Assembly (NCBI GenBank): GCA_051439425.1
Contig: JBFRWD010000135.1
Coordinates: forward strand, 1-13,305
DNA: 13,305 nt
Reading direction: 5' to 3'
Origin: Synechococcus sp.
Lineage (GTDB): Bacteria > Cyanobacteriota > Cyanobacteriia > Thermostichales > PCC-7336
The notes below the pieces were generated by a model, which saw only the letters and a program-made list of their open reading frames with translations, ran no database searches and was not told the origin of the DNA. The translations under genes were made by a program, and so were the position numbers. This document shows positions 5,774 to 13,305 of this stretch, piece by piece (positions within the stretch are counted from its first letter, which is position 1; each line of letters opens with the position of its first letter).

Positions 5774-8218
5774 TCAAGTAAAGATCGCCCCACCCAATAG
5801 CCGGGCATATTGCTGTTTCAGACAAGAGCGAATCGCTGGATACTTCTCAAGTTTCGAGTCTTTCTCAATCAATCGTTCAGCCGCAGTCCGAGCCAGCTCT
5901 AACGTGTCTTGGTCTTCCATAAGACTTGCCAGCGCAAAATCTGGTAGCCCCGATTGCCGTGTGCCCAACACTTCCCCCGGCCCTCGCAACCGCAAATCCA
6001 TTTCAGCAATAAAGAAACCATCGTTAGACTGCTCCATCACCTTGAGTCGCTGACGAGCATTTTCCGACTTCGAATGGGTCATCAACACGCAATAGGATTG
6101 AGCCGCTCCACGTCCTACTCGACCGCGCAACTGGTGAAGTTGCGAAAGACCGAAGCGCTCTGCATGTTCGATCAGCATCAGTGATGCGTTGGGGACATCC
6201 ACACCCACTTCCACAACGGTTGTGGAAACTAGGATGTCTGTTTGACGATCGCGAAATCCCTGAATCACCGCATCTTTATCCGCAGACGACATGCGCCCGT
6301 GCAGCAGCCCTAACTTGAGATTGAGAAACACCTGTTCTTGCAAGCGCTGGTGCTCTTCTACCGCCGATCGCAAATCCAACTTCTCCGACTCCTCCACCAG
6401 CGGTAGCACGATATAGACCTGTCGCCCTTGAGCAATCTCTCGGCGTAGCAAATCATAAATCTGCGGGCGTTCGCGCGGAGATGCCACACTGGTTTTTACC
6501 GGTTTGCGTCCGGGGGGCAACTCGTCAATTTGGCTGACATCTAAGTCACCGTGCAAGGTCAGCGTTAGGGTACGGGGAATAGGCGTAGCCGTCATGGTAA
6601 GGACATCGGGGCGATCGCCTTTGGCCAACAACGCCGCCCGTTGCTGTACTCCAAACCGATGCTGTTCGTCAATAATTACCAATCCCAATCGGTTAAACAC
6701 CACTGGCTTTTGAATCAGGGCGTGGGTGCCCACCAGTAACGGTAGCTCTCCAGTCTCTAGTTGCCGCAAGATTTCCCTGCGTTTTTTCGTCGGAGTCGAA
6801 CCGGTTAACAGCTCCACTGGCAGATGTAGTTGCCCGAACCAATCGACTAATTTGCGGTAGTGCTGTTCGGCTAGCACCTCTGTCGGGGCCATCAATGCCC
6901 CTTGCCACCCTGACTGGATAGCCGCCAGCAGCGCCACTATTCCGACTACCGTTTTGCCAGATCCCACATCCCCCTGGACAAGACGGTTCATAGGGGCTGG
7001 CGATCGCAGATCCTCCAAAATATCGGTCACCACCCGCTCTTGGGCTCCAGTCAAGTCGAAAGGTAGCAACTTGTAAAACAGATCGACTAACTCCCCTTGC
7101 TCGGGGGTATAGCGCGGGGTTTCCAGCTCCTGCACTCGGTTGCGTTCTCGCCTCAACAGTAGCCCTAGTTGGAGGTAGAAAAATTCGTCGAACACTAGGC
7201 GACGGCGAGCATCTACCAGTACATCGGAGGAATTGGGGAAATGAATGTTAGCGATCGCCTGCTTCAACTCCAAAAGTCCCAGCGACTCTCGCAGCTTGAG
7301 TGGTAGAGGATCGTCCAGCAGCGCTACGGCAGGAAGCGAAGCGTTGACCGCCCGCCGAACCAAATCCGCATTGATACCTTCAGTGAGGGGATAAACAGGC
7401 AGGATTTTGCCGATCTTGAGAGAGCGAATGTCGGCACTTTCGTCCGCCAGGACTTCAATTTCGGGATTGTCTAGAGTGAGGCCATACTTCCCTTTTTTGA
7501 CCAAGCCGCTGGCCGCAACAATCGTGCCGCGCGGATACTGGCGCTTGGTCTTCTCCTGCCAGCCACGATTGCTAAACTGCTTGCCCGCATAAAACCGACT
7601 CAGCATCATCAAACCGCTGTCGTCAGCCACTTTGAGGCTAAAGATGGTCAGACTTTTGTTGCGTGGGCTGGTAAAACAAGTGCAACTGCGAACCGTTCCC
7701 ACAACGGTAATCGTTTCTCCGGGGGTGGCATTTCGAATGGTGGTTTGGGCGGAATAATTGATGTGGTCGCGGGGGAAGTAGTAAAGGGCGTCTTCAACAG
7801 TGACCAACCCCAGTAGAGCAAGCTTTGATGCCGATCGCGGCCCGATTCCTTTTAGAAACTGTAGAGGACGATCCAACGACAAATCGGTTTTGCCGAAGTA
7901 AGTCAGCTTAGGCTTCTGCTCTGGAATGGGCTCTTGTTGTTTCTTCACCCGATAGAGCCAGCGGCGAGTCTCAGCCACCAAATGCTGGCGATCGCTCAAA
8001 GCCAAGTCTGGATAATCTTTGTATCTCTGTCCCAGATCGCTCCACTTGCGACGATCTTCGGTGTCAAGCTCCAAATCCGCAGGGGGATCGGCCTGCAGCC
8101 AGTCACTCAAAAATTCTGAAAAACGAGACTGCCGCCCTTGCAAGTCGCTAAACCCGCGATCGGCTTCGATCGCTAAAGCTTTGTGAACTCTTTGGAGATG
8201 GGGGGATAGATCCGCCAC
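5774..8218 (-). CDS. recG: ATP-dependent DNA helicase RecG
   Basis: 814 aa, GTG start. LKGIGP and the wedge/OB region, ARRRLVFDEFF, MNRLVQGDVGSGKT (motif I), MAPTEVLAEQH, IIDEQHRFGV (motif II), MTATPIPRTL, QLHQLRGRVGRG and the TRG motif DLRLRGPGEVLGTRQSG. Confidence 0.99.
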   Translation of the reverse strand: MADLSPHLQRVHKALAIEADRGFSDLQGRQSRFSEFLSDWLQADPPADLELDTEDRRKWSDLGQRYKDYPDLALSDRQHLVAETRRWLYRVKKQQEPIPEQKPKLTYFGKTDLSLDRPLQFLKGIGPRSASKLALLGLVTVEDALYYFPRDHINYSAQTTIRNATPGETITVVGTVRSCTCFTSPRNKSLTIFSLKVADDSGLMMLSRFYAGKQFSNRGWQEKTKRQYPRGTIVAASGLVKKGKYGLTLDNPEIEVLADESADIRSLKIGKILPVYPLTEGINADLVRRAVNASLPAVALLDDPLPLKLRESLGLLELKQAIANIHFPNSSDVLVDARRRLVFDEFFYLQLGLLLRRERNRVQELETPRYTPEQGELVDLFYKLLPFDLTGAQERVVTDILEDLRSPAPMNRLVQGDVGSGKTVVGIVALLAAIQSGWQGALMAPTEVLAEQHYRKLVDWFGQLHLPVELLTGSTPTKKRREILRQLETGELPLLVGTHALIQKPVVFNRLGLVIIDEQHRFGVQQRAALLAKGDRPDVLTMTATPIPRTLTLTLHGDLDVSQIDELPPGRKPVKTSVASPRERPQIYDLLRREIAQGRQVYIVLPLVEESEKLDLRSAVEEHQRLQEQVFLNLKLGLLHGRMSSADKDAVIQGFRDRQTDILVSTTVVEVGVDVPNASLMLIEHAERFGLSQLHQLRGRVGRGAAQSYCVLMTHSKSENARQRLKVMEQSNDGFFIAEMDLRLRGPGEVLGTRQSGLPDFALASLMEDQDTLELARTAAERLIEKDSKLEKYPAIRSCLKQQYARLLGGAIFT

Positions 8219-8412
8219 AGCCGCTTCATATAACCACCATCCACCCAGTTTAGCGACAGCTTATGTGCTGCAAGCATCGCACTCTGTCTGGAGTGAAAAA
8301 ACGTGAAACCATTGTCATGTTTGGGGCAGGAAATTTGCTAATCAATAAACTTGCCCAGCCCGAGTCTTGGCTCGAAAACACTAGCCCAACCACCAGTTAC
8401 CACAGAAAAAAC

Positions 8413-9093
8413 TCAGTAGTCGTAATCTTCCACAAGACTGGCTTGCAATGTGTAGCCCACATTTATATCAGCAGAACCATCCACAAATGTGAGATGCTGC
8501 TCGCTGCTTTCAACCGACATCAAACCCGACGCGAGAACGGGCTCGAATAAGCTGTTCATTTCAATCCCAGCCTCCGTTACTACGTACACGCTTTGAGTGG
8601 GAGGGGGCGGGGGGACGTGAATGCAAGCTCCTACGTAGGGAACAAGCAAAAATTCGGTAACTCGATGGTTTTCGGAAAATTCTAGGGGAAGGGCATAACC
8701 AGGAATAGCAACTGATTGAGAGTCTAGAGCATCAACCATCGTGTTATCAGCGATCTCGATGCGGCGATCGATTTCTTCCTGTGCCGCCACGATGCCGTCA
8801 ATATCTATCCCATCTGCCTTCAGCGCCTCGACGTCAAAAGCAAATTGTTCGCTTAAAATCTCCGCCTCTTCAGGATGAAGGGGTGGCCCCTGTTTCTGGC
8901 GCTGGATCATCCAGTAGACAAACCCCATCTTGGACGCTTGTTCTTGACTTAGCTCTAGAAACGGGTCTGTAAACTCAACTTGCGGTGCCAAGTCTTCCCA
9001 GCCCAATTGCCTAACATTTGCCTCCAACGCAGGCATGAATAGCAGAGAGATAACAACAGCCAGTGCAACGGATATGAGTTTTAAGTACTTCAT
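8413..9093 (-). CDS. DUF3299 domain exported protein (PA4066-like, zinc operon accessory protein)
   Basis: Probable start ATG at 9093 (MKYLKLISVALAVVISLLF... signal peptide), not 9174. Motifs LGWEDLAP and IPGYALPLE...EFLLVPYVGACIHVPPPPPTQ are diagnostic. Last gene of the four-gene cluster. Confidence 0.9.
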   Translation of the reverse strand: MKYLKLISVALAVVISLLFMPALEANVRQLGWEDLAPQVEFTDPFLELSQEQASKMGFVYWMIQRQKQGPPLHPEEAEILSEQFAFDVEALKADGIDIDGIVAAQEEIDRRIEIADNTMVDALDSQSVAIPGYALPLEFSENHRVTEFLLVPYVGACIHVPPPPPTQSVYVVTEAGIEMNSLFEPVLASGLMSVESSEQHLTFVDGSADINVGYTLQASLVEDYDY

Positions 9094-9275
9094 GAGTAGA
9101 GAGAGGTAAAACACCGTTACAGGGTGGAGCGGCCAAAGAGCAAAGAGATGCCCACAGCATGGAGGCTTTAGCAATCTGGGGTAAGAGCTTGAGTTTGCTG
9201 ATGACTCAAGACCTGGATTTGCAAGGGTAAGTTATCAGGGAACTCACCATAATGGATTGCCAATCTCCATAGAGC

Positions 9276-10538
9276 CTACTGCTTGATGGACATTCCATCG
9301 ACCAGCGAGTAGCGGTAGCTGAGATAACCGGGTACCATCCCGATCGCTGTCCCAGCAGAGCATATCGCTGCTATCAAAACTAGCTCGTAACTCGATAATG
9401 CTCCAATGGCGATCGCCAATCCGAATCTAGACAGCACAATCGGCTGCGCAATCCACAGTCCTCCATAAAGAAGTAGAATTCCCGTCGCCACACCTGCAAG
9501 CGTCAACGCACAGGCTTCTCCCACAATTAGTCCAAAAATGTGAACAGGGCGGGCTCCCACCGATCGCAAAATCGCCATCTCCCGACGCCGTTCGTTCAAA
9601 CTGGTCAGCAACGCCACCAACATCCCGGACAGTCCGACCACCACCACAAACCCCGACACAACTGTCAGCGCCCGCTCCGCCACCCCAATCACCTGCCATA
9701 GCGACTGCAGCGTTACTCCCGGCAAAATGGCCAGTAATGCCTCAGATCGATAGGTATTCACGTATCGCTGCACCTCAAACGCCGCCACCCGAGAATTCAA
9801 CCCCACGAGTGCAGCAGTCACCGCCTGCGGTGTTAGCGCCACTCGTTCAGCGACCTCAGCAGATATTTCCTGACCGGGACGAGGGGGAGCACCGTCTTGC
9901 CAGTCAATATGAATAGCCTCGATACCCTCCAGACTGACATGCACCGTCTGGTCAACAGGCGTCCCCGTTTGTGCCAAGATCCCTACCACTTGAAAGGGCT
10001 TGTCATCATGCTCAATTAAATTTACGGCACCAGCACCGTGAGCAATGATAATCTCTTCGCCAAGCTCGTAACCCAACTGCTTAGCAACCTCAGAGCCCAA
10101 CACCGCATCGTAAACTCCGTCAAACCTTTCCCCTTCTGCCAGTACCAGAGGGCGATCGCGCGAGTAGCGGTAGCGATCGAAATACTCCTGAGTGGTTCCC
10201 ATCACCCGGTAGCCGCGATGGGAATCTCCTAACGAAATAGGCACTAGCCACTCGACATTGGGATGATCTTGCAACTCTTGAATGGTTTCCCACGAGACAT
10301 TGTTAGTAGCGAAACCAATGTGAAATACCGAATAGAGCAATAACTGCACCGATCCAGTACGCGCCCCCACAATCAAGTCAGTGCCCGAAATCGTGCTGGT
10401 AAAGCTGTTCTTCGCTTCCGAATTAATTCGCTGCACCCCCAGCAACATCGTCACACTAAGGCCAATCGAAAAAGCCGTCAGCCCTGCCGTAAACTTGCGA
10501 TTCCAAACGCTCTTGAGCGCCAGCTTTACGATTGACAT
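9276..10538 (-). CDS. ABC transporter permease, FtsX/MacB type (PA4065-like)
   Basis: 420 aa: N-terminal TM helix, large periplasmic domain (TISGTDLIVGARTGSVQLLLYSVFHIG, PISLGDSHRGYRVMGT), then ERRREMAILRSVGA with C-terminal TM helices. Confidence 0.93.
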   Translation of the reverse strand: MSIVKLALKSVWNRKFTAGLTAFSIGLSVTMLLGVQRINSEAKNSFTSTISGTDLIVGARTGSVQLLLYSVFHIGFATNNVSWETIQELQDHPNVEWLVPISLGDSHRGYRVMGTTQEYFDRYRYSRDRPLVLAEGERFDGVYDAVLGSEVAKQLGYELGEEIIIAHGAGAVNLIEHDDKPFQVVGILAQTGTPVDQTVHVSLEGIEAIHIDWQDGAPPRPGQEISAEVAERVALTPQAVTAALVGLNSRVAAFEVQRYVNTYRSEALLAILPGVTLQSLWQVIGVAERALTVVSGFVVVVGLSGMLVALLTSLNERRREMAILRSVGARPVHIFGLIVGEACALTLAGVATGILLLYGGLWIAQPIVLSRFGLAIAIGALSSYELVLIAAICSAGTAIGMVPGYLSYRYSLVDGMSIKQ

Positions 10539-10540
10539 GC

Positions 10541-11281
10541 CTACGCTCCTTGAGTCTGGTGCCCAACTCCAACACGGTTGATATCGCCAAGGTGAATGGT
10601 GCGGTCAAACAGGTGGGCCAAAGTGCGATCGTGACTGACAAACACGACAGTGCTACCTTCTCGTCGACATTCCGCAAACAAAAGCTTGATAAACGCTTCT
10701 CGGCGATCGAAGTCGAGTGACGACGTTGGTTCGTCCGCAATAACGATATCCGGATTGCCCATTAATGCTCTAGCAGCCGCCACCCGCTGCTGCTGCCCCA
10801 CGCTTAAATTGCTGACCGGCTGATTGTGACTGACCAGCTCGGCCATATCCAGGTGTTTGAGCAGTCGAATTGCTTCTTTTTCGACCGAGCCTGACTGAGT
10901 CACAGCCCGATCTCGGCGGCGCTTAGAAAATTGACAAGGCAAGGTTACATTCTCTACCACCGATAAGTAGGGCAGAAGATTGAACTGCTGGAAGATGAAC
11001 CCGATGGAATCTGCCCGAACGAGATCGCGCTCCGCACCACTCTTCTGTTCCAGTTGGCAACCCAGAACAGTAACTGTGCCGGAACGAGGCACCACCACAC
11101 CTGCCAAGAGGTTCAATAAAGTTGTTTTGCCGCTGCCGCTCGGCCCTTCTATAAAGACCGTCGTCCCCCTGTTTATATCGAGGCGATCGATATCCAGAAC
11201 AGGTAGACGATCGCGATGCCAACCATAGGTCAATTCCCGCAAGCAAACCGCAATATCGACAGAATCGTTGCTCAGAGCCAC
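10541..11281 (-). CDS. ABC transporter ATP-binding protein, LolD/MacB-like (PA4064-like)
   Basis: Walker A GPSGSGKT, Q-loop FQQFNLL, signature LSVGQQQRV, Walker B IVIADEPT, H-loop VSHD. Its stop is 2 bp before the permease start. Confidence 0.95.
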   Translation of the reverse strand: MALSNDSVDIAVCLRELTYGWHRDRLPVLDIDRLDINRGTTVFIEGPSGSGKTTLLNLLAGVVVPRSGTVTVLGCQLEQKSGAERDLVRADSIGFIFQQFNLLPYLSVVENVTLPCQFSKRRRDRAVTQSGSVEKEAIRLLKHLDMAELVSHNQPVSNLSVGQQQRVAAARALMGNPDIVIADEPTSSLDFDRREAFIKLLFAECRREGSTVVFVSHDRTLAHLFDRTIHLGDINRVGVGHQTQGA

Positions 11282-11340
11282 CTCCCGTGCACAGACTCAG
11301 TTCGATAACGCTTCCCAAATTTCATTTAACAGCCCAGCGA

Positions 11341-12027
11341 TTACCAAGTCAGCGTCGCATCTGCCGGAGTCAAGTCTGCCCCTACCTGTCCTGAGTCGGT
11401 TAGTGCTTGAACTTCGATTTGTTCAATGCCAGGGAAGGCATCAAATAAAGCAACCTCAACCTGGTTCAAGGCTTCAGGGTTGCCGCATTCGAATTCATAG
11501 CTAGCGGAAAACTCGCTATGAACGTCCTCGGCGTGTTCATCCCCATGTTCGTGGTCGTGGTCGTGCTCGCCTTCATGCTCTGCGTGTTCATCCCCATGGT
11601 CGTGGTCGTGGTCGTGCTCGTCTTCATGCTCTGCGTGCTCATCTCCGTGCTCGTGGTCGTGCTCGCCTTCGTGGCTCGCTTCAATGTCGGACTCAACCAC
11701 TGCACTGGCAAGGCTGCAACTAGCAGCAGTCGGAAGTCCAAACAGACTGTCACCTGCCTCCAGCACTTCAATTGCATCATCTATGGCGGCTTCCTGTTCA
11801 GCAGTGTTGGGAGCATGCTCGAATCCAACAATGTTTACCGCCGGACTAACCATTTCTACATAAAAGCGACTGCCTTCTACTGCCGCATTCAGTTCAACAA
11901 CCCCGTGAACATGCCCTCCCTCTTGCCGGATCTCCTCATCTGACGATTGCGCCCTAACAGCATTAGTCCCAAACCCAGCTACCGCCAATCCTGAAACAAT
12001 TGCCACAAATCCAGCCAGTCGCTTCAT
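11341..12027 (-). CDS. zrgA: DUF2796 / ZrgA-family periplasmic zinc-binding protein (PA4063-like)
   Basis: Probable start ATG at 12027 after AGAGGTGG, with signal peptide MKRLAGFVAIVSGLAVAGFGTNAVRA. Motifs HVHGVVELN, SPAVNIVGFEHAP, a His/Asp/Glu-rich loop, HSEFSASYEFEC and LFDAFPG. The track's N-terminal extension to 12282 is unlikely to be real. Confidence 0.9.
   Translation of the reverse strand: MKRLAGFVAIVSGLAVAGFGTNAVRAQSSDEEIRQEGGHVHGVVELNAAVEGSRFYVEMVSPAVNIVGFEHAPNTAEQEAAIDDAIEVLEAGDSLFGLPTAASCSLASAVVESDIEASHEGEHDHEHGDEHAEHEDEHDHDHDHGDEHAEHEGEHDHDHEHGDEHAEDVHSEFSASYEFECGNPEALNQVEVALFDAFPGIEQIEVQALTDSGQVGADLTPADATLTW
11528..11673 (-). repeat. Intragenic tandem repeat (two 51-bp units plus one shorter unit) encoding the His-rich loop of ZrgA
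   Basis: GCGTG(T/C)TCATC units start at 11531, 11582 and 11633 (period 51). Encodes HEGEHDHEHGDEHAE-HEDEHDHDHDHGDEHAE-HEGEHDHDHEHGDEHAE (17 His). Confidence 0.92.
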
Positions 12028-12116
12028 CACCACACCACCTCTGACAATTAGTTTCAGGAATCGCAGAGCCGGATTATTCCTTAGCCCACAGGCAATACGT
12101 ATATCCGCCGTCTGCA

Positions 12117-12137
12117 CGAGAATGATTCTAATTATCA
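12117..12137. promoter_or_regulatory. Putative Zur (FurB)/Fur-family operator, two overlapping 7-1-7 boxes
   Basis: TGATTCTAATTATCA (12123-12137) matches 12 of 14 defined positions of the cyanobacterial Zur consensus TGATAATNATTATCA. It overlaps CGAGAATGATTCTAA (12117-12131). Lies 90-110 bp upstream of zrgA and covers a minus-strand TAGAAT -10-like hexamer. Confidence 0.7.
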
Positions 12138-12311
12138 AAAATTGGATCGTCAAATTCCAGCTACACAATTCCGCAGTTGCCCGGAAGCTTCCAACGATCG
12201 CCAACAACTCCGTCTTCCGACCCTCATTATCCATACGGATAACCGGCACTGTGCTGCCAGACTTCTCAGACACCACGTACACTGAAAATAATCAGCATCG
12301 AAGCAATATCC

Positions 12312-12911
12312 ATGATCCCCACAGTTATCGAACAATCCGCCCGGGGCGAACGGGCTTTCGATATATACTCCCGCTTGCTGCGAGAGCGCATTATATTCTT
12401 GGGCACCGATGTCTCTGACGCCAGTGCAAACTTAATTGTTGCCCAGATGCTCTATCTCGAATCCGACGACCCCGAGAAAGACATCTTCTTGTACATCAAC
12501 TCTCCTGGTGGTTCTGTCTACTCCGGTATGGCAATTTACGACACCATGCAACACATTCAACCGGATGTTTCTACGATCTGCGTGGGTTTGGCAGCATCGA
12601 TGGGAGCATTCCTACTTGCTGCTGGAGCTAAAGGCAAACGCATGGCGCTCCCCCACGCTCGCATCATGATTCACCAACCACTCGGTGGTGCTCAAGGCCA
12701 AGCCACCGACATCGAGATTCAAGCGAAAGAGATTCTCTACATCAAAGACAATCTCAACCAGCTGTTGGTGGATCACACCGGTCAGCCACTAGAACGCATC
12801 GAAGAAGATACCGATCGCGACTTTTTCATGTCTCCTGACGAAGCTCGCGACTACGGCCTGGTAGACAGGGTGGTTACCAAGCGACCCAAACCCGAACTCA
12901 CAGCTGTTTAA
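12312..12911 (+). CDS. clpP: ATP-dependent Clp protease proteolytic subunit (cyanobacterial ClpP1 type)
   Basis: 199 aa: [40 protein letters not shown], catalytic Ser in GLAASMGA, His in RIMIHQP, Asp in DRDFFM. Confidence 0.98.
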   Translation: MIPTVIEQSARGERAFDIYSRLLRERIIFLGTDVSDASANLIVAQMLYLESDDPEKDIFLYINSPGGSVYSGMAIYDTMQHIQPDVSTICVGLAASMGAFLLAAGAKGKRMALPHARIMIHQPLGGAQGQATDIEIQAKEILYIKDNLNQLLVDHTGQPLERIEEDTDRDFFMSPDEARDYGLVDRVVTKRPKPELTAV

Positions 12912-12960
12912 ACAAAATATCGCCAAAACTACAGATTCCAAACTGCAAATCACGCACTGG

Positions 12961-13001
12961 CATCAAGCCCCTGTCTAAATCAGCTAGGGGCTTTTTTGAT
13001 G
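12961..13001. terminator. Rho-independent terminator, probably bidirectional
   Basis: CATCAAGCCCCT-GTCTAAATCAGCT-AGGGGCTTTTTTGATG: GC-rich stem followed by T6 on the + strand, lying between convergent genes. Confidence 0.8.
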
Positions 13002-13018
13002 CATGTGAGAAGCCGAAC

Positions 13019-13297
13019 TCATTTCTCTTCTTCCGGACAGTCATCCGACACCACAATGCATTCATCCGTTTTGGGAACAGAGGCAATCTGCTGAGAAATC
13101 GAACCGATGCTATCCAATCGAACAGATTCCTCTAGCGCAAAGATCTCTTCTTCATCCTCAATTTCGTAGCGAACGGTGACGATATCCCCTTCAATCGTTA
13201 AGATTTTGGCGCGATCGATCCATCGCATTTGATCGCGTAAAAAAATACTGACAGTGCGATTATCGCAACATAGCTGGTATATCTTGCGATCCAACAT
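13019..13297 (-). CDS. Small conserved cyanobacterial protein (DUF6679-like)
   Basis: 92 aa, MLDRKIYQLCCD...IFLRDQMRWIDRAKILTIEGDIVTVRYE...EESVRLDSIGSI. Recognised from memory as a widespread cyanobacterial hypothetical family; convergent with clpP. Confidence 0.75.
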   Translation of the reverse strand: MLDRKIYQLCCDNRTVSIFLRDQMRWIDRAKILTIEGDIVTVRYEIEDEEEIFALEESVRLDSIGSISQQIASVPKTDECIVVSDDCPEEEK

Positions 13298-13305
13298 GTG
13301 CGCGG

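Larger units (their letters stand above)
130..10159. repeat. Dispersed HIP1 octamers (GCGATCGC)
   Basis: Exact copies seen at 130, 4437, 6611, 7000, 7251, 7988, 9409 and 10152, plus many CGATCG near-matches. Well under one copy is expected by chance in 13 kb. Confidence 0.85.

Noticed and set aside
7930..8218. Extra N-terminal domain on RecG
   Set aside because: This is a normal feature of cyanobacterial RecG, not a novel fusion.
9094..9174. N-terminal extension of the DUF3299 ORF
   Set aside because: The signal peptide begins at ATG 9093, and the upstream TTG-started segment looks non-coding.
11528..11673. Possible CRISPR-like array
   Set aside because: The repeats are contiguous, in frame and coding, with no unique spacers and no cas genes.
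11466..11943. ORFs with poly-Val (+) or poly-Thr (-) runs
   Set aside because: They are alternative-frame readings of the His/Asp repeat in zrgA.
12028..12282. N-terminal extension of the DUF2796 ORF given in the track, and the overlapping 12122-12418 ORF
   Set aside because: The signal peptide and SD-like sequence point to a start at 12027; the extension covers the promoter and Zur box region.
1423..12911. Functional clustering of ssrA with clpP (tagging and degradation)
   Set aside because: They are over 10 kb apart and separated by unrelated genes; proximity is most likely coincidental.

Overview
Cyanobacterial chromosomal segment, judged from at least 8 exact HIP1 GCGATCGC octamers, a cyanobacterial-type tmRNA tag, RecG with the cyanobacterial N-terminal extension, and a ClpP1-type protease. 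Left to right: (1) the 5' part of a GCS2-family glutamate--cysteine ligase-like gene, on the minus strand, running off the left edge and absent from the ORF track; (2) a one-piece tmRNA (ssrA, 1423-1811, tag ANKIVAFSRKPAAVAVA); (3) a ~4 kb accessory-looking islet with a META-domain lipoprotein, a short IS630-like transposase remnant, and a two-gene operon encoding a 705-aa unknown protein plus a YbjN (T3SS-chaperone-fold) protein; (4) recG; (5) a four-gene PA4063-PA4066/Zrg-type zinc operon (His-rich DUF2796, ABC ATPase, FtsX/MacB-type permease, DUF3299) with a Zur/Fur-like box; (6) clpP, a terminator and a small conserved cyanobacterial protein. The best candidate for an undescribed system is the 705-aa protein + YbjN pair. 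The large protein has a leader resembling those of DUF4157/eCIS-associated cargo proteins but no DUF4157, and a Gly/Ala-rich amphipathic helical C-terminal half like alpha-pore-forming effectors. This suggests an orphan effector-chaperone (or toxin-immunity) module next to tmRNA. All family assignments are by motif recognition; no database searches were run.
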